Source: a virus (Duplodnaviria > Caudoviricetes). Taken from it: a stretch of DNA of 64,000 bases. A program made the translations under genes and the position numbers. The notes beneath the pieces were generated by a model. That model was not told where the DNA came from, made no database searches, and saw only the letters and a list, made by a program, of their open reading frames with translations. The stretch is taken from positions 2,744 through 66,743 of IMG/VR virus record IMGVR_UViG_3300033067_001435. The stretch is one strand, 5' to 3'. Below, piece by piece: positions 39,132 through 48,495 of this stretch (positions are counted from its first letter, which is position 1; the number at the start of each line of letters is the position of its first letter).

Positions 39132-39331
39132 TTCTTATTTAATTTTTCAGATAATTCAATTAATATATAACAAGGCTTTTCAATGTCATCAGTCAAGTTT
39201 TCCATTAAATGACCTCGTTCTAATTGAACATTGTAAAATGTTATCCCTTTCCGTTTCCATTTTCTCACTATTTGGCCCACTTCTTTGCTTCCTCTGTTGA
39301 AAACAAGAGCCGTCATATTTACTTTTAACAT
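39128..39331 (-). CDS. Hypothetical protein
   Basis: 67 aa, SH3-like pattern. Confidence 0.5.
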   Translation of the reverse strand: MLKVNMTALVFNRGSKEVGQIVRKWKRKGITFYNVQLERGHLMENLTDDIEKPCYILIELSEKLNKK

Positions 39332-39344
39332 ATTATTTTTATTT

Positions 39345-40280
39345 TTAAAGTGATAGTATCATGTCCAGAACAAGTGGTTGGGGACTCAAATCCCACTTCT
39401 CATAGTTGCCCCATTTGTTCTTAGGTGATACATTTGTATGACAAAATAACCCTTTAACCTTTCCATCCCTAATAGCAGGATCAAAATCAAATGCAGTGAA
39501 AGGGTCTTTTGAATTTTTTATTCTTTCTTTTAGTCCTTTGGTAACATCAATCCCTGTTTCATTGGCAATTTTAAGGATTAAGAACTTCATTGAGTGTATT
39601 TGATTTTCAGAGTACTTGTGATAGTATCTAAAACCCCTAAAATCCCGCTTTAAATCAACGATCTCCTTTGGGTTGACTATAACTCCCTTTCTAACTACAT
39701 TGCCCTTAGAATCAAGAATAGGATATGTTCTAAAATAGTTACCATCTTTTACCAGCCAACCAAAGTTACAAAGTTCAATTCCTATACTTGCCCTGTGTAC
39801 AACTGTATTTCCAATCCCAATGTGCCAACCATAATTTTTATATGAAGGCATACATTGTACAATTTCACCATCATACTTTCCATCTAATGTTTGTATGTTT
39901 ACTCCACCAATTACATACTCAGTTCCTACTTTACCTCTTGAATCTGTTTCCCAGTCATTTACAACTCCTAAAGGATTATTCCATCCGGCTGTGTGGTGAA
40001 GAAACAACCAATGCTTAGTTTCTTCTGTAGTGAAATATTCATCAGATTTTAATAAATACTTTTTAATAATATAGGTATTTTCCCTTAAATCACTTGAAAT
40101 AAAACCATCAGTTCCTTCTTTATATAATAATTCTTTTGTTGTATTATCTACAACACCTGATACTGGTAAATTATTTTTCAATTGATAGTTCCTTACAGCA
40201 GCCTCTGTGAATTCATCATACTGTCCTGTTTGAGGAAGTTTAAGAGTTTCTTGTACTTTCTTTATTTCTTCTATATTCAT
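39345..40280 (-). CDS. Endolysin: peptidoglycan-binding domain plus Amidase_2 N-acetylmuramoyl-L-alanine amidase
   Basis: TGQYDEFTEAAVRNYQ...SGVVD; FLHHTAG, SIGIELCN, FCHTNV...KWD. Confidence 0.88.
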   Translation of the reverse strand: MNIEEIKKVQETLKLPQTGQYDEFTEAAVRNYQLKNNLPVSGVVDNTTKELLYKEGTDGFISSDLRENTYIIKKYLLKSDEYFTTEETKHWLFLHHTAGWNNPLGVVNDWETDSRGKVGTEYVIGGVNIQTLDGKYDGEIVQCMPSYKNYGWHIGIGNTVVHRASIGIELCNFGWLVKDGNYFRTYPILDSKGNVVRKGVIVNPKEIVDLKRDFRGFRYYHKYSENQIHSMKFLILKIANETGIDVTKGLKERIKNSKDPFTAFDFDPAIRDGKVKGLFCHTNVSPKNKWGNYEKWDLSPQPLVLDMILSL

Positions 40281-40879
40281 ATTAAATATTTTATATTTCG
40301 AACCTTGAAAAGTTGTTTGCTTACATTACTGGTTGGCTCTAATATTCCTTCAAATACAAAAGGAATATTAGGTTTCTTTTTCATCCGGGAATATGCTTGA
40401 GCAGTTTTATGTAAACTTATGCCGTTACCTATTTTATCCATGCTACCATCTTTAGAAGCAAGATAAACACCATCTGATTCCAATCCCACAATAACAGCAT
40501 CTTGATTATAATTACGTGCAACACCAACACAAAATTTAACAAAATCTTCCCTCTTCATTTCAGTTGGCTTTGTAAATAATACACTTTCTTCAATAGAATG
40601 GGTTAGTTGTTCCGGCGTGGCATCTCTATAATCAATTCCATCAGGTGCTTCTTGCCAGTGACCTATTAATTGATACCCACCCATTTTTTGTGAGTTTAGA
40701 GAACCTAACATCTCTCTATTTAATGCTCTATTTTGTTGTAATGTATTAGAATATCTAAATGCAGTGGCTATGCAAAAGTCCTTGCCCTTTGCCATAGACA
40801 ATAACCTTGATAGTCCAGCCTCTGATATTTGCCCAACTCTACCAACCGTTATTTCATCATATATTTGTTTTAGTTTCAA
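40277..40879 (-). CDS. Conserved phage protein with MKLK leader
   Basis: MKLKQIYDEI...ISEAGLSRL, ATAFR, GHWQE, YNQDAV; TTG start. Confidence 0.65.
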   Translation of the reverse strand: MKLKQIYDEITVGRVGQISEAGLSRLLSMAKGKDFCIATAFRYSNTLQQNRALNREMLGSLNSQKMGGYQLIGHWQEAPDGIDYRDATPEQLTHSIEESVLFTKPTEMKREDFVKFCVGVARNYNQDAVIVGLESDGVYLASKDGSMDKIGNGISLHKTAQAYSRMKKKPNIPFVFEGILEPTSNVSKQLFKVRNIKYLI

Positions 40880-40910
40880 AATTCATACCTCTTTTATTTT
40901 AAATTTACTA

Positions 40911-40920
40911 TATAAATATC
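40911..40920 (-). promoter_or_regulatory. Candidate late promoter GATATTTATA
   Basis: Intergenic, 32 nt upstream of start 40879. Confidence 0.45.
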
Positions 40921-40933
40921 ATTTTTATTTTTG

Positions 40934-41431
40934 TTATGGTAAAGACTGAAATAAGGCTCCGCTCCAAGGTGCTGTTAATCCGGGAACAACACTTGATACA
41001 TATTGTCCTGTTAAAGTAATAATGTGAGTCCTAAAACAGGTAATCATCATATTCAACAAAATATTGAAGTCAAAGTTTTGAACAACTGGAATTCCTACCC
41101 AAGTTCCCGGACTAATTATAGTTACAACACCTGTTGGTCCTGTTATGACTAAGCCCGTCCAATACGATTGTATGAACGGGCCAATTTGATTTAGTATATG
41201 AACCTCTGATTGTGAGGCAAGGTTTGCATTACATTGAGTTAATATCTGTTGGTTTAATATTGGAAATTTTGGGATATTATTAATCAATTTACCACCACCT
41301 GACATTGTATCAAAATGCAGAGATACTGCCTGATGGTAAGCATCAGAAATAGTTTGGGCGAACTGTGGCACAGATATATGTTGTTGCCCAGTCAACACCA
41401 TGCATTTTGTTTTAAATAGACTCCAAGACAA
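40934..41431 (-). CDS. Hypothetical protein (possibly virion)
   Basis: 165 aa, TTG start with GGGAG upstream. Confidence 0.55.
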   Translation of the reverse strand: MSWSLFKTKCMVLTGQQHISVPQFAQTISDAYHQAVSLHFDTMSGGGKLINNIPKFPILNQQILTQCNANLASQSEVHILNQIGPFIQSYWTGLVITGPTGVVTIISPGTWVGIPVVQNFDFNILLNMMITCFRTHIITLTGQYVSSVVPGLTAPWSGALFQSLP

Positions 41432-41488
41432 CCGAGATCAACTCCCCAATAAATTCAAGTATAACAATAAACCAACATTTATCTTTTT

Positions 41489-41698
41489 TCATTGATTTTC
41501 TATTTTTAATATTTCGCCAAAATTTCCAATTGAAGTATTTTCCCCGAATCTATTCTTTATCACCTGATATGTAAGACCATCTTTCTTTACAAGAATAATA
41601 ATATGTGATCTATGAATTATATCAAAATCTTTAACAAGATGTCTCCAATTATTACTACCTTTTGGAAGGTCATTTTCATTTAATAGTAAAATGTTCAT
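41489..41698 (-). CDS. Hypothetical protein
   Basis: 69 aa. Confidence 0.5.
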   Translation of the reverse strand: MNILLLNENDLPKGSNNWRHLVKDFDIIHRSHIIILVKKDGLTYQVIKNRFGENTSIGNFGEILKIENQ

Positions 41699-41710
41699 TG
41701 TTTAATTCGT

Positions 41711-42397
41711 TTAAAAATCTTTACGGTTTGGATCGGCAACAGACACAACATCTAATTGAACCTCTTGCTTTAATGTTTCATTAAAATGTTTTCCACCTTT
41801 AACAAATGTTTGTCCTGAGTAATGACAATTATCACACATTGCTCCATCAGTAACTTCTGCTTGATCAAATAGTTGACAATTGGTAACACTTGATCTTTTG
41901 TTTACTCGTGCTCCAATGAATAGTTTAGATTTAATTACTATTGATTGACCATTAACACGAGAGCCATTATATAAAAATGAATCTGTAACAGTTGAACCTT
42001 CGGATACGTCTGAATTGTCTCCAATAAATGAATAATTCACAACTGATGATCCAAATATTCTGGCTTTTCCAGATACTGTGGAATTTTTAACAGTAGAATT
42101 ATCGCAAACTTTAGCCGATCCCATTATAACACTATTAACTAATCTTGCATTTTCAAAAACACAAGCAGTGTTAAATACCCAACTGTTATCATCTTGAGGA
42201 AGATTACTTTCTGATTGAATGTAACCACCAATCTCACCCTCCTTTATAGTAATAATTTTGTCAACATAGTCGTTACTTTCGGAGCCTTTAATAATTACAT
42301 CAAAAGTTTTTAAAGCATAAATTTTATATACTTTTAATGGCAATCTTTTAGTTCCATTAATTTGTATATACTGAGATTTCAATATCGTGTATTTCAT
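41711..42397 (-). CDS. Left-handed beta-helix (YdcK-like) protein
   Basis: GGYIQSESNL...SWVFNTACVFENARL followed by penta/hexapeptide repeats. Confidence 0.75.
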   Translation of the reverse strand: MKYTILKSQYIQINGTKRLPLKVYKIYALKTFDVIIKGSESNDYVDKIITIKEGEIGGYIQSESNLPQDDNSWVFNTACVFENARLVNSVIMGSAKVCDNSTVKNSTVSGKARIFGSSVVNYSFIGDNSDVSEGSTVTDSFLYNGSRVNGQSIVIKSKLFIGARVNKRSSVTNCQLFDQAEVTDGAMCDNCHYSGQTFVKGGKHFNETLKQEVQLDVVSVADPNRKDF

Positions 42398-42423
42398 AAT
42401 TTGGTTTTTGGTTAAATTAAATT

Positions 42424-42457
42424 GGTCTTATAGAAATAGTTACATCTCTATAAGACC
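42424..42457. terminator. Stem-loop, probable terminator
   Basis: ggtcttataga/tctataagacc 11-bp inverted repeat in intergenic gap; weak U-tract. Confidence 0.5.
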
Positions 42458-42462
42458 TTATT

Positions 42463-43017
42463 TTATACCCCTTGACAGAGGTAATTCGCTGCCTTACAAG
42501 CAATCTGGACATCAGTCCAATCGTTGCCTACCTTAACCATATCACCAATGTCTGATTTTACAGGATAGTTTCGGTTATATGGAATCTTTGCTAAACATTG
42601 GTAGCCAGCAGATGTTGCCCATCCTTTTGTTGCTGGAATCAATGGCTTAGAAAGAGTTTCTGCAATGTTGTTGTAGTCCAATTCGATGATGATGTCATCA
42701 CGAGTGAACACATTTTTTTCAACAAGATACTCAGCAAGTGCCATAGATAATTCACACTCCTTCCACAATTTCAAAAACACATCCGGCTTACCGTCTGACT
42801 TTCTGAAACTTGGAACTGTTTCTTTTGTGTAAACAAAGTGAACACCTTGCTTTCCATACCTGAACGCAACAACACTGAAATAGTGAATATTTCCTGCCAA
42901 CGAAATGGAGTCAGTTCCTACAAACACCTTCAAATCGTTGTGTGCTACTTTCTGCTCTATGCAGTGTTGTAGCAGGTCAATTGGGATTTTGTTGTGTTTA
43001 AAGATTCTTTTTTCCAT
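42463..43017 (-). CDS. RNase H-like YkuK (DUF458) family protein
   Basis: VFVGTDS, LWKECELS, IELDYN, AANYLC. Confidence 0.75.
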   Translation of the reverse strand: MEKRIFKHNKIPIDLLQHCIEQKVAHNDLKVFVGTDSISLAGNIHYFSVVAFRYGKQGVHFVYTKETVPSFRKSDGKPDVFLKLWKECELSMALAEYLVEKNVFTRDDIIIELDYNNIAETLSKPLIPATKGWATSAGYQCLAKIPYNRNYPVKSDIGDMVKVGNDWTDVQIACKAANYLCQGV

Positions 43018-43035
43018 TTTAAAATTGTTTAAGTG

Positions 43036-43470
43036 CTAATTTTCATTTCCCATTTCTTCAATCTCTTCTTGTGTTGTTTCTTCAATCTCTCCTGACTCAA
43101 AATCGTACTGAGGTTCGGTCATTAGAAATTTATGTATTTTGTTCATCAACTTCCTGTGTGGCATTTTAACTATTAATTGTTCACCAGAAAGTAGTAATAG
43201 TATTGACATGTTTTGGTCGTCTGGATATTCAAGTATCCTAAAAGAATCCATTACATCTTCCCTCTTAATCCATTCCCATAAAACCACACCGGGTTCTACC
43301 TTTTCGTTTTCCCCAATCTCTTGAACAGTCGCCCCAACAGATTTGGCTATATCTCTTATTCTTTTTGGATATAATTCCAAATTAAAAACCGGAAGATCAA
43401 TCCATTCGTTATTTTTCAATAAAACTTCCTCCTCATTTGTAAATGTAAATACTGTCATGGTTAGCAACAA
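43036..43470 (-). CDS. Hypothetical acidic protein
   Basis: 144 aa; TAG stop. Confidence 0.55.
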   Translation of the reverse strand: MLLTMTVFTFTNEEEVLLKNNEWIDLPVFNLELYPKRIRDIAKSVGATVQEIGENEKVEPGVVLWEWIKREDVMDSFRILEYPDDQNMSILLLLSGEQLIVKMPHRKLMNKIHKFLMTEPQYDFESGEIEETTQEEIEEMGNEN

Positions 43471-43717
43471 TCAAAACTGTAGAATCATCAACAGTTTCAA
43501 ATGTCCCCATTCTATTTAGGTAATCCCGGTAATAAACAACTCCATAGGCAATGCCTTCATCAAAAATAACCTTCTCAGGAACCCTAAAAAAATGTGGCAT
43601 TAGATAATAACCTATGCACAACCCAAAAAGTAAGAACAAACTGTTGTAGGCAAAATTAACTTTAGCCCTGATGTTCTTGTAATGCTTTCTTAATTGTATC
43701 ATTTGTGATCTTATCAA
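43433..43717 (-). CDS. Hypothetical membrane protein
   Basis: One TM helix. Confidence 0.5.
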   Translation of the reverse strand: MIRSQMIQLRKHYKNIRAKVNFAYNSLFLLFGLCIGYYLMPHFFRVPEKVIFDEGIAYGVVYYRDYLNRMGTFETVDDSTVLIVANHDSIYIYK

Positions 43718-43764
43718 TTTTCTTAATGGCTGCTTTTATTTTTTTACTCAATTTTTCTGTCATA

Positions 43765-44076
43765 TTAATTCCTATATTTTTCAGTAGGATCATGGTGTGA
43801 TCCAGTTACTCTTGAAAGAAGGGCAAATAAAGCAGCAATTGCGATTAAAACAAAAGCAATGTTACTGTTTACATTGTGATAACCAACAAAATTTTCAGGC
43901 AATAACCATGCCGCTCCCAAACCTAAAAGAAAGAACATCGCAGCCAGAAATCCAGCCGCTTGACTGGAACCATGTTGTTCCATTGCTTGATTTGCTCTCC
44001 ACTGATTAATATGGTTCAAGTCTTCTTGCGTGAAGAATTCTATTTTTGGCTTATGTTGATTGTGGTTGCTGCTCAT
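43765..44076 (-). CDS. Two-TM membrane protein
   Basis: Two hydrophobic helices; first gene after promoter 44103. Confidence 0.6.
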   Translation of the reverse strand: MSSNHNQHKPKIEFFTQEDLNHINQWRANQAMEQHGSSQAAGFLAAMFFLLGLGAAWLLPENFVGYHNVNSNIAFVLIAIAALFALLSRVTGSHHDPTEKYRN

Positions 44077-44102
44077 GTTATTGTTTGTTTAAAAGTACCT
44101 GA

Positions 44103-44134
44103 CAAAGATACTATACTAAATATCAATTATCAAA
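44103..44134 (-). promoter_or_regulatory. Bacteroidota-type promoter
   Basis: TTTG-N20-TATCTTTG. Confidence 0.75.
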
Positions 44135-44638
44135 ATTTTCTAACAACTTTCTTGTTAATAATTTCTTAACGAGAGAATTTCCCACAACTTGAGGGTTATA
44201 TCCCTTAAATTCAAGGTAATTAATCCCAAAATAGTCAGCCAAAAAACCACCAACTGCTCCACTTCTGTTTATCCCGGCTGTGCAATGGAGTATCCAGCCT
44301 TTAGCATTTTCATTTGCCTTGACAAACTCAAATATGGTATTAGCCATATCTTCATTGAAAAGTTTCATTTCGTCAGCCTCTGTATTTTCCACTCCAAACT
44401 TCCTCCACAACTGATGGTTCAGTGGAATTTCTTCTTCTGCATCATCGAACCAAAGGTTCAGTACATTATGGGCAGAATCTAAGATAGTCTCAGAACTACC
44501 ACCAAACATTTCCTTTCCAGTATGACCAATAGGTTCATGGATTGATATGAAGGCATAAGATTCTTTTTGTTCTGGTGTTAAACCAGATACAAATTTTTTA
44601 AAATCATGGCGAGACAAAACTAAAATGTGATTGTTCAT
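44123..44638 (-). CDS. Cys-based (CX5R) protein tyrosine/dual-specificity phosphatase
   Basis: LHCTAGINRSG; LWFDD acid loop. Confidence 0.85.
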   Translation of the reverse strand: MNNHILVLSRHDFKKFVSGLTPEQKESYAFISIHEPIGHTGKEMFGGSSETILDSAHNVLNLWFDDAEEEIPLNHQLWRKFGVENTEADEMKLFNEDMANTIFEFVKANENAKGWILHCTAGINRSGAVGGFLADYFGINYLEFKGYNPQVVGNSLVKKLLTRKLLENFDN

Positions 44639-45198
44639 GGATAATAAAGTAAGGTTGACGCATTCTTTTTAATTTCTACGTCTGGTGGAAGTGTTAATTG
44701 TGAAAGGTTAAATGGAACTGTGATTAGATGAAAACCGGATTTTGTTGGAATACAAGCAACAACATTAATGTGGTCGAATCCAGATTGACAAGCATTTATT
44801 TCTTTTGCAAGTTGATATAGATCAATAGACTTGTTATCAATATCAACTACCCAATACTTAACCTCATTGCCTTGACACGAGTCGTGACAATGACTTAAAA
44901 GGTTCATTGGATTATAAGAATTAGTTTCCAACCGCTCTACAATGCCTTTAGCAATCTTCCAAGAAACCTGTTTATCAGATTTTGGATTAAGGTTTATATA
45001 ACATCGAGCATTATATTCAGTACAAACTAACTCTACTGCCTTCATTATGAATTTTAGTTTTTCCTCAGAAGAAACAAACCATTCTGTAATTAAACGAGTA
45101 GCCTTGTCATGCCCATCTTTTGAACGCTGCATGACTTGAATATGATATGATCCAAGATCAAACCTCAATAGTGGAAGTATCAGATTTAGGTTGTTCAT
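44635..45198 (-). CDS. Conserved phage protein, possible AEP/primase-polymerase-like fold
   Basis: RCYINLN, WVVDID, PTKSGFHLIT. Confidence 0.5.
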   Translation of the reverse strand: MNNLNLILPLLRFDLGSYHIQVMQRSKDGHDKATRLITEWFVSSEEKLKFIMKAVELVCTEYNARCYINLNPKSDKQVSWKIAKGIVERLETNSYNPMNLLSHCHDSCQGNEVKYWVVDIDNKSIDLYQLAKEINACQSGFDHINVVACIPTKSGFHLITVPFNLSQLTLPPDVEIKKNASTLLYYP

Positions 45199-45494
45199 TA
45201 TTCATCAATGTTTACATTATAAACTAAAACAATTGTTTCCCCATTAAATCCAAATATAGCATAACTATCTTTTTCTCCGAAAGTTTCTGCTATGTAAGCA
45301 TCCAATACTTCATCACTTGTAAAGGTTTTGCAATTAATTAAAGCATTAATTCCAGTTAAGCCACCATTTACGTGTGGAATAACAAATTTGAAATTGTAGT
45401 CCTTAACCTTTTTCTTCTTTTGAGTCAAGGCAGTTTCCTTGAGTTGGTTAAAGAAATCTTCAACCGTTATTTTTTCAACAGTTCCGTCTTTCAT
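45198..45494 (-). CDS. Hypothetical protein
   Basis: 98 aa. Confidence 0.55.
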   Translation of the reverse strand: MKDGTVEKITVEDFFNQLKETALTQKKKKVKDYNFKFVIPHVNGGLTGINALINCKTFTSDEVLDAYIAETFGEKDSYAIFGFNGETIVLVYNVNIDE

Positions 45495-46111
45495 GCTGCA
45501 TGATGGTCTTTATCAGACACAAACTTCCTATTTTTTAGTAAGTCTATGACATCAGTTAATTTATATGGTGCATAATTGTTGCCATCAACCCCTACATCCA
45601 TTTTACGGCCATTTCCGAACCTTTGATCTCCAACCCAGTGTTGGTGTCCATGTAGATGAAAAGAATCCCTTCCAAGGCCATCCCAAGACGAAATAGGGTG
45701 ATGATACAAGTGAAACAACAAACTGCCAACAGACAATTTTAAATCGGCTTGCCGTGTAGTAAACAAATGATCGTAATGTCCTTTGCAAATATGTTCATCA
45801 TGGTTTCCAGTAACCAAGTGAATGGTTTTAACATTCAACATCTTCCTGAAAATTTCAATGTTGGCTTTACCAGCAAAACTCCAATCTCCAAGATGGAACA
45901 AAATTCCATCTTCTGGAATAATAGAGTTAAATTGGTTTGCCATAAACTCAGTCATTTGTTGGGGAGTGTCAAAATCCCTAACTTTTAACTGGTTTCCATC
46001 TCCTTGCCTATCAACACTCCATGAAGTTGTTCCACGAGTAATGTTTACATGGAACGCATGAGTGTCAGAGGTAATGTATATTTTATCTAATAGTTCAAAT
46101 GGTAGTTTCAT
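45491..46111 (-). CDS. Calcineurin-like metallophosphoesterase
   Basis: SDTH, HLGDW, GNHD, HHP, HGHQH, DVGVD. Confidence 0.88.
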   Translation of the reverse strand: MKLPFELLDKIYITSDTHAFHVNITRGTTSWSVDRQGDGNQLKVRDFDTPQQMTEFMANQFNSIIPEDGILFHLGDWSFAGKANIEIFRKMLNVKTIHLVTGNHDEHICKGHYDHLFTTRQADLKLSVGSLLFHLYHHPISSWDGLGRDSFHLHGHQHWVGDQRFGNGRKMDVGVDGNNYAPYKLTDVIDLLKNRKFVSDKDHHAA

Positions 46112-46113
46112 AT

Positions 46114-46302
46114 TTAATCAATTTTAATCCAAAGTTTCCTTGAGTAAAATTCCTCATCAGAAATAAACATTCGTTTTCCTCTAAACAAATAAAATAAGAG
46201 ATCAGTCCCTCGTTGGGCATTTCTGCCCTTTTTAATGTTTACAGATTGGCAAGTTTGTTTATGTTCAAACCGGCCTAAGTTTTTAATATTCGAAAGTTTC
46301 AT
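46114..46302 (-). CDS. Hypothetical protein
   Basis: 62 aa. Confidence 0.55.
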   Translation of the reverse strand: MKLSNIKNLGRFEHKQTCQSVNIKKGRNAQRGTDLLFYLFRGKRMFISDEEFYSRKLWIKID

Positions 46303-46311
46303 CTTCTTGTT

Positions 46312-46461
46312 TTACTTTTGACCACCTTTCAGTAGTTTGTATGCAATAAGCATACCTAATGTTAATACGATTGTCGCTGTATAACTTTCAGTTATTTGGT
46401 AAACAATGACTGATACAGCCAGTAACCAAACAGTGTTTAAAATTATGCTATCGTTTTTCAT
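46312..46461 (-). CDS. Small two-TM membrane protein (49 aa)
   Basis: Hand-translated MKNDSIILNTVWLLAVSVIVYQ...; first gene after promoter. Confidence 0.55.
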   Translation of the reverse strand: MKNDSIILNTVWLLAVSVIVYQITESYTATIVLTLGMLIAYKLLKGGQK

Positions 46462-46483
46462 TTTCTTGCTTGTTTTAATAGAA

Positions 46484-46534
46484 CAAAAGTAAAGGTCTGA
46501 ACCTTACGATCCAAACCTTTATCATGTCATTAAC
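46484..46534 (-). promoter_or_regulatory. Promoter cassette
   Basis: TTTG-N20-TACTTTTG with ttatcatgtcattaac box at 35-bp offset. Confidence 0.75.
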
Positions 46535-46537
46535 AAT

Positions 46538-46732
46538 TTAATAACGTTTCAACCAATCGTTTATTTTATCCTGTTGCTTTAAACTGAAAATAGTCCAATC
46601 CAAATCCCAAGTAATATAAACAAGATTGAAAGTTAAAATACGGAATAATACACAGCCAAGTCTTATAAAATTTCCAATGATTTGCATAATCCAGTGACCT
46701 ACATTGAAACCATCTTTGTACATGTATCTCAT
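46538..46732 (-). CDS. Hypothetical protein
   Basis: 64 aa. Confidence 0.5.
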   Translation of the reverse strand: MRYMYKDGFNVGHWIMQIIGNFIRLGCVLFRILTFNLVYITWDLDWTIFSLKQQDKINDWLKRY

Positions 46733-47583
46733 ACTAAAGTGTTTATAAGAGTTCGCCCTACCTCTGAGGTAAATACTGGAATGTCATCATCAATATCCCA
46801 ATCATCTACATAAACTCCCCACTTCGGTTCAGGCAAACCATAATTTTCCCACCACATATTTTCGTTACCTTTCAATGACTCAAGAGTAACTTTTTTGGTA
46901 AGGTCTTTTTTAGTTCTAACCTTATAACACGCTGAACCTCGTTTTTGACAGGTTGGAATGTTATTCCAGTTAATACCTTTTTGAAAACACATTTCCTGCA
47001 TTTGATCTCCATTCTTTCCTTGTAGTTCCTTGTGTGGATACAAACTTTGGGCAAGCATAGAAATGCTATTTTTAGTAGCATCGTTTTGTCTCCAAACAAA
47101 ATAATTGGTTACGTCATCTTTTGGAACATTGAAAGCACGAGCATCAAAGTTTGCAAGGTTTATGGTTAAACGGTGAATTGCTTCCTCCTTATCAAGATCA
47201 CAACCCCACCATGTATCTACCTTGCTAATAAACCTTAATTGATTAAAAATTCCGGTAGCCATTGAAGCAGCAATTGACTCCATCTTATTTTGACAATAGT
47301 CAAACCAAGCATCAGTAGTCAAAGTGTCATAGTCAGTCAACAACAGAGAAATTTCATCTGATTGTACATATCCAAATTTACAACCCTGAATGTTCTTACA
47401 GAGATATAACATGGTTCGCTGCATGTCTTCTATCAAACCTTCATCAAAAGGCTTTTTAAGACCCTTTGTGTAGGTGTGGAAGGCTTTACCATCAATCCTG
47501 ATGATAACTGGTGTTCTACGAGTAAGAAACCGTCTGTTCCTTCGTTCATAGAAATCTTTCATTCGATCATCAATACTAATCAT
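46729..47583 (-). CDS. thg1: tRNA(His) guanylyltransferase / Thg1-like 3'-5' polymerase
   Basis: RIDGKAFH, YVQSDEISLL, FDARAF, NYFVWRQNDATKNS. Confidence 0.92.
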   Translation of the reverse strand: MISIDDRMKDFYERRNRRFLTRRTPVIIRIDGKAFHTYTKGLKKPFDEGLIEDMQRTMLYLCKNIQGCKFGYVQSDEISLLLTDYDTLTTDAWFDYCQNKMESIAASMATGIFNQLRFISKVDTWWGCDLDKEEAIHRLTINLANFDARAFNVPKDDVTNYFVWRQNDATKNSISMLAQSLYPHKELQGKNGDQMQEMCFQKGINWNNIPTCQKRGSACYKVRTKKDLTKKVTLESLKGNENMWWENYGLPEPKWGVYVDDWDIDDDIPVFTSEVGRTLINTLV

Positions 47584-47798
47584 CAGTTTGAAAATTTTCC
47601 AAGTTTAAGATTTTTGTACATAGTGTATTCATCTGCTGATATTTCTTTCCAGTATGTAACAATCCAATCTACTCCTAAATTTTTTTGTGCAGACATTAAA
47701 ATAAAGGGATGACTATTTTCATCAACCCATTGAAGAGTTATGGTACTATTGCCCACCTGCCTTTCAAAAACAGCGTAATAAAACGGTATTGTATTCAT
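47583..47798 (-). CDS. Hypothetical protein
   Basis: 71 aa. Confidence 0.55.
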   Translation of the reverse strand: MNTIPFYYAVFERQVGNSTITLQWVDENSHPFILMSAQKNLGVDWIVTYWKEISADEYTMYKNLKLGKFSN

Positions 47799-47803
47799 AA
47801 AAA

Positions 47804-48178
47804 TTAACTTTCTGAGTAAAAATTGAATTTATTCCCTTCAAAATGAAGGAGTTTATTTGATTGAAGTTTCTCAAGGAGGTATTCTCTTTGAATGTGAGTT
47901 AGGTTCGTAACTTTTAATCTCCAACTTGGAGACCAAAAAAATTCAGGTGATCCAGTATCAGCCCAGTTAGGATGTATAACCTTTGGATCACGCCAATATA
48001 GTTCAAAAGTAACCCCTTCAAGAGGGATATTTTCTGTGATATGTCGCATAAGAAAGGTTAAAACTTGCCTTTCTGTATTGTCTGACATGTGATCCCATTC
48101 AACCCTTATATCAGTTTCCTGAAAACCATGACCATCATCAGCATAGTCATCCCAAATGTTTATAGGAATTTCTTTCAT
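47804..48178 (-). CDS. Hypothetical protein
   Basis: 124 aa. Confidence 0.6.
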   Translation of the reverse strand: MKEIPINIWDDYADDGHGFQETDIRVEWDHMSDNTERQVLTFLMRHITENIPLEGVTFELYWRDPKVIHPNWADTGSPEFFWSPSWRLKVTNLTHIQREYLLEKLQSNKLLHFEGNKFNFYSES

Positions 48179-48495
48179 TGTGATTGTAATTTATGTACTT
48201 TATACTTGAGTATCCGTTCCTTTAAATCTGCTTCAACCCTATCCCTTCCACAATTTACAGTAGCAGGGTTTTTCATAATAATATCAACAGCATCATCAAA
48301 AGAAATGTACTTAATGAAACTCCTTTTTCTACAAGTAGAGTATCCAGTATTGACATCAAATGTATGATCATGTACACTGTTAACAAAGACATCATTCCCT
48401 TCAACCCTGCAAACAACCCTTACAATATTTCTATCATCAAATTTATGTTGGTGAAATGTAATCAAATCACCGGGAGAAAAAGATAGTGGATTCAT
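48175..48495 (-). CDS. Hypothetical protein
   Basis: 106 aa, ATGA overlaps. Confidence 0.6.
   Translation of the reverse strand: MNPLSFSPGDLITFHQHKFDDRNIVRVVCRVEGNDVFVNSVHDHTFDVNTGYSTCRKRSFIKYISFDDAVDIIMKNPATVNCGRDRVEADLKERILKYKVHKLQSQ

Noticed and set aside
46312-46461. Holin call for this or the other small TM proteins
   Set aside because: It lies in the early region away from the endolysin, and several similar TM ORFs exist; cannot be assigned.
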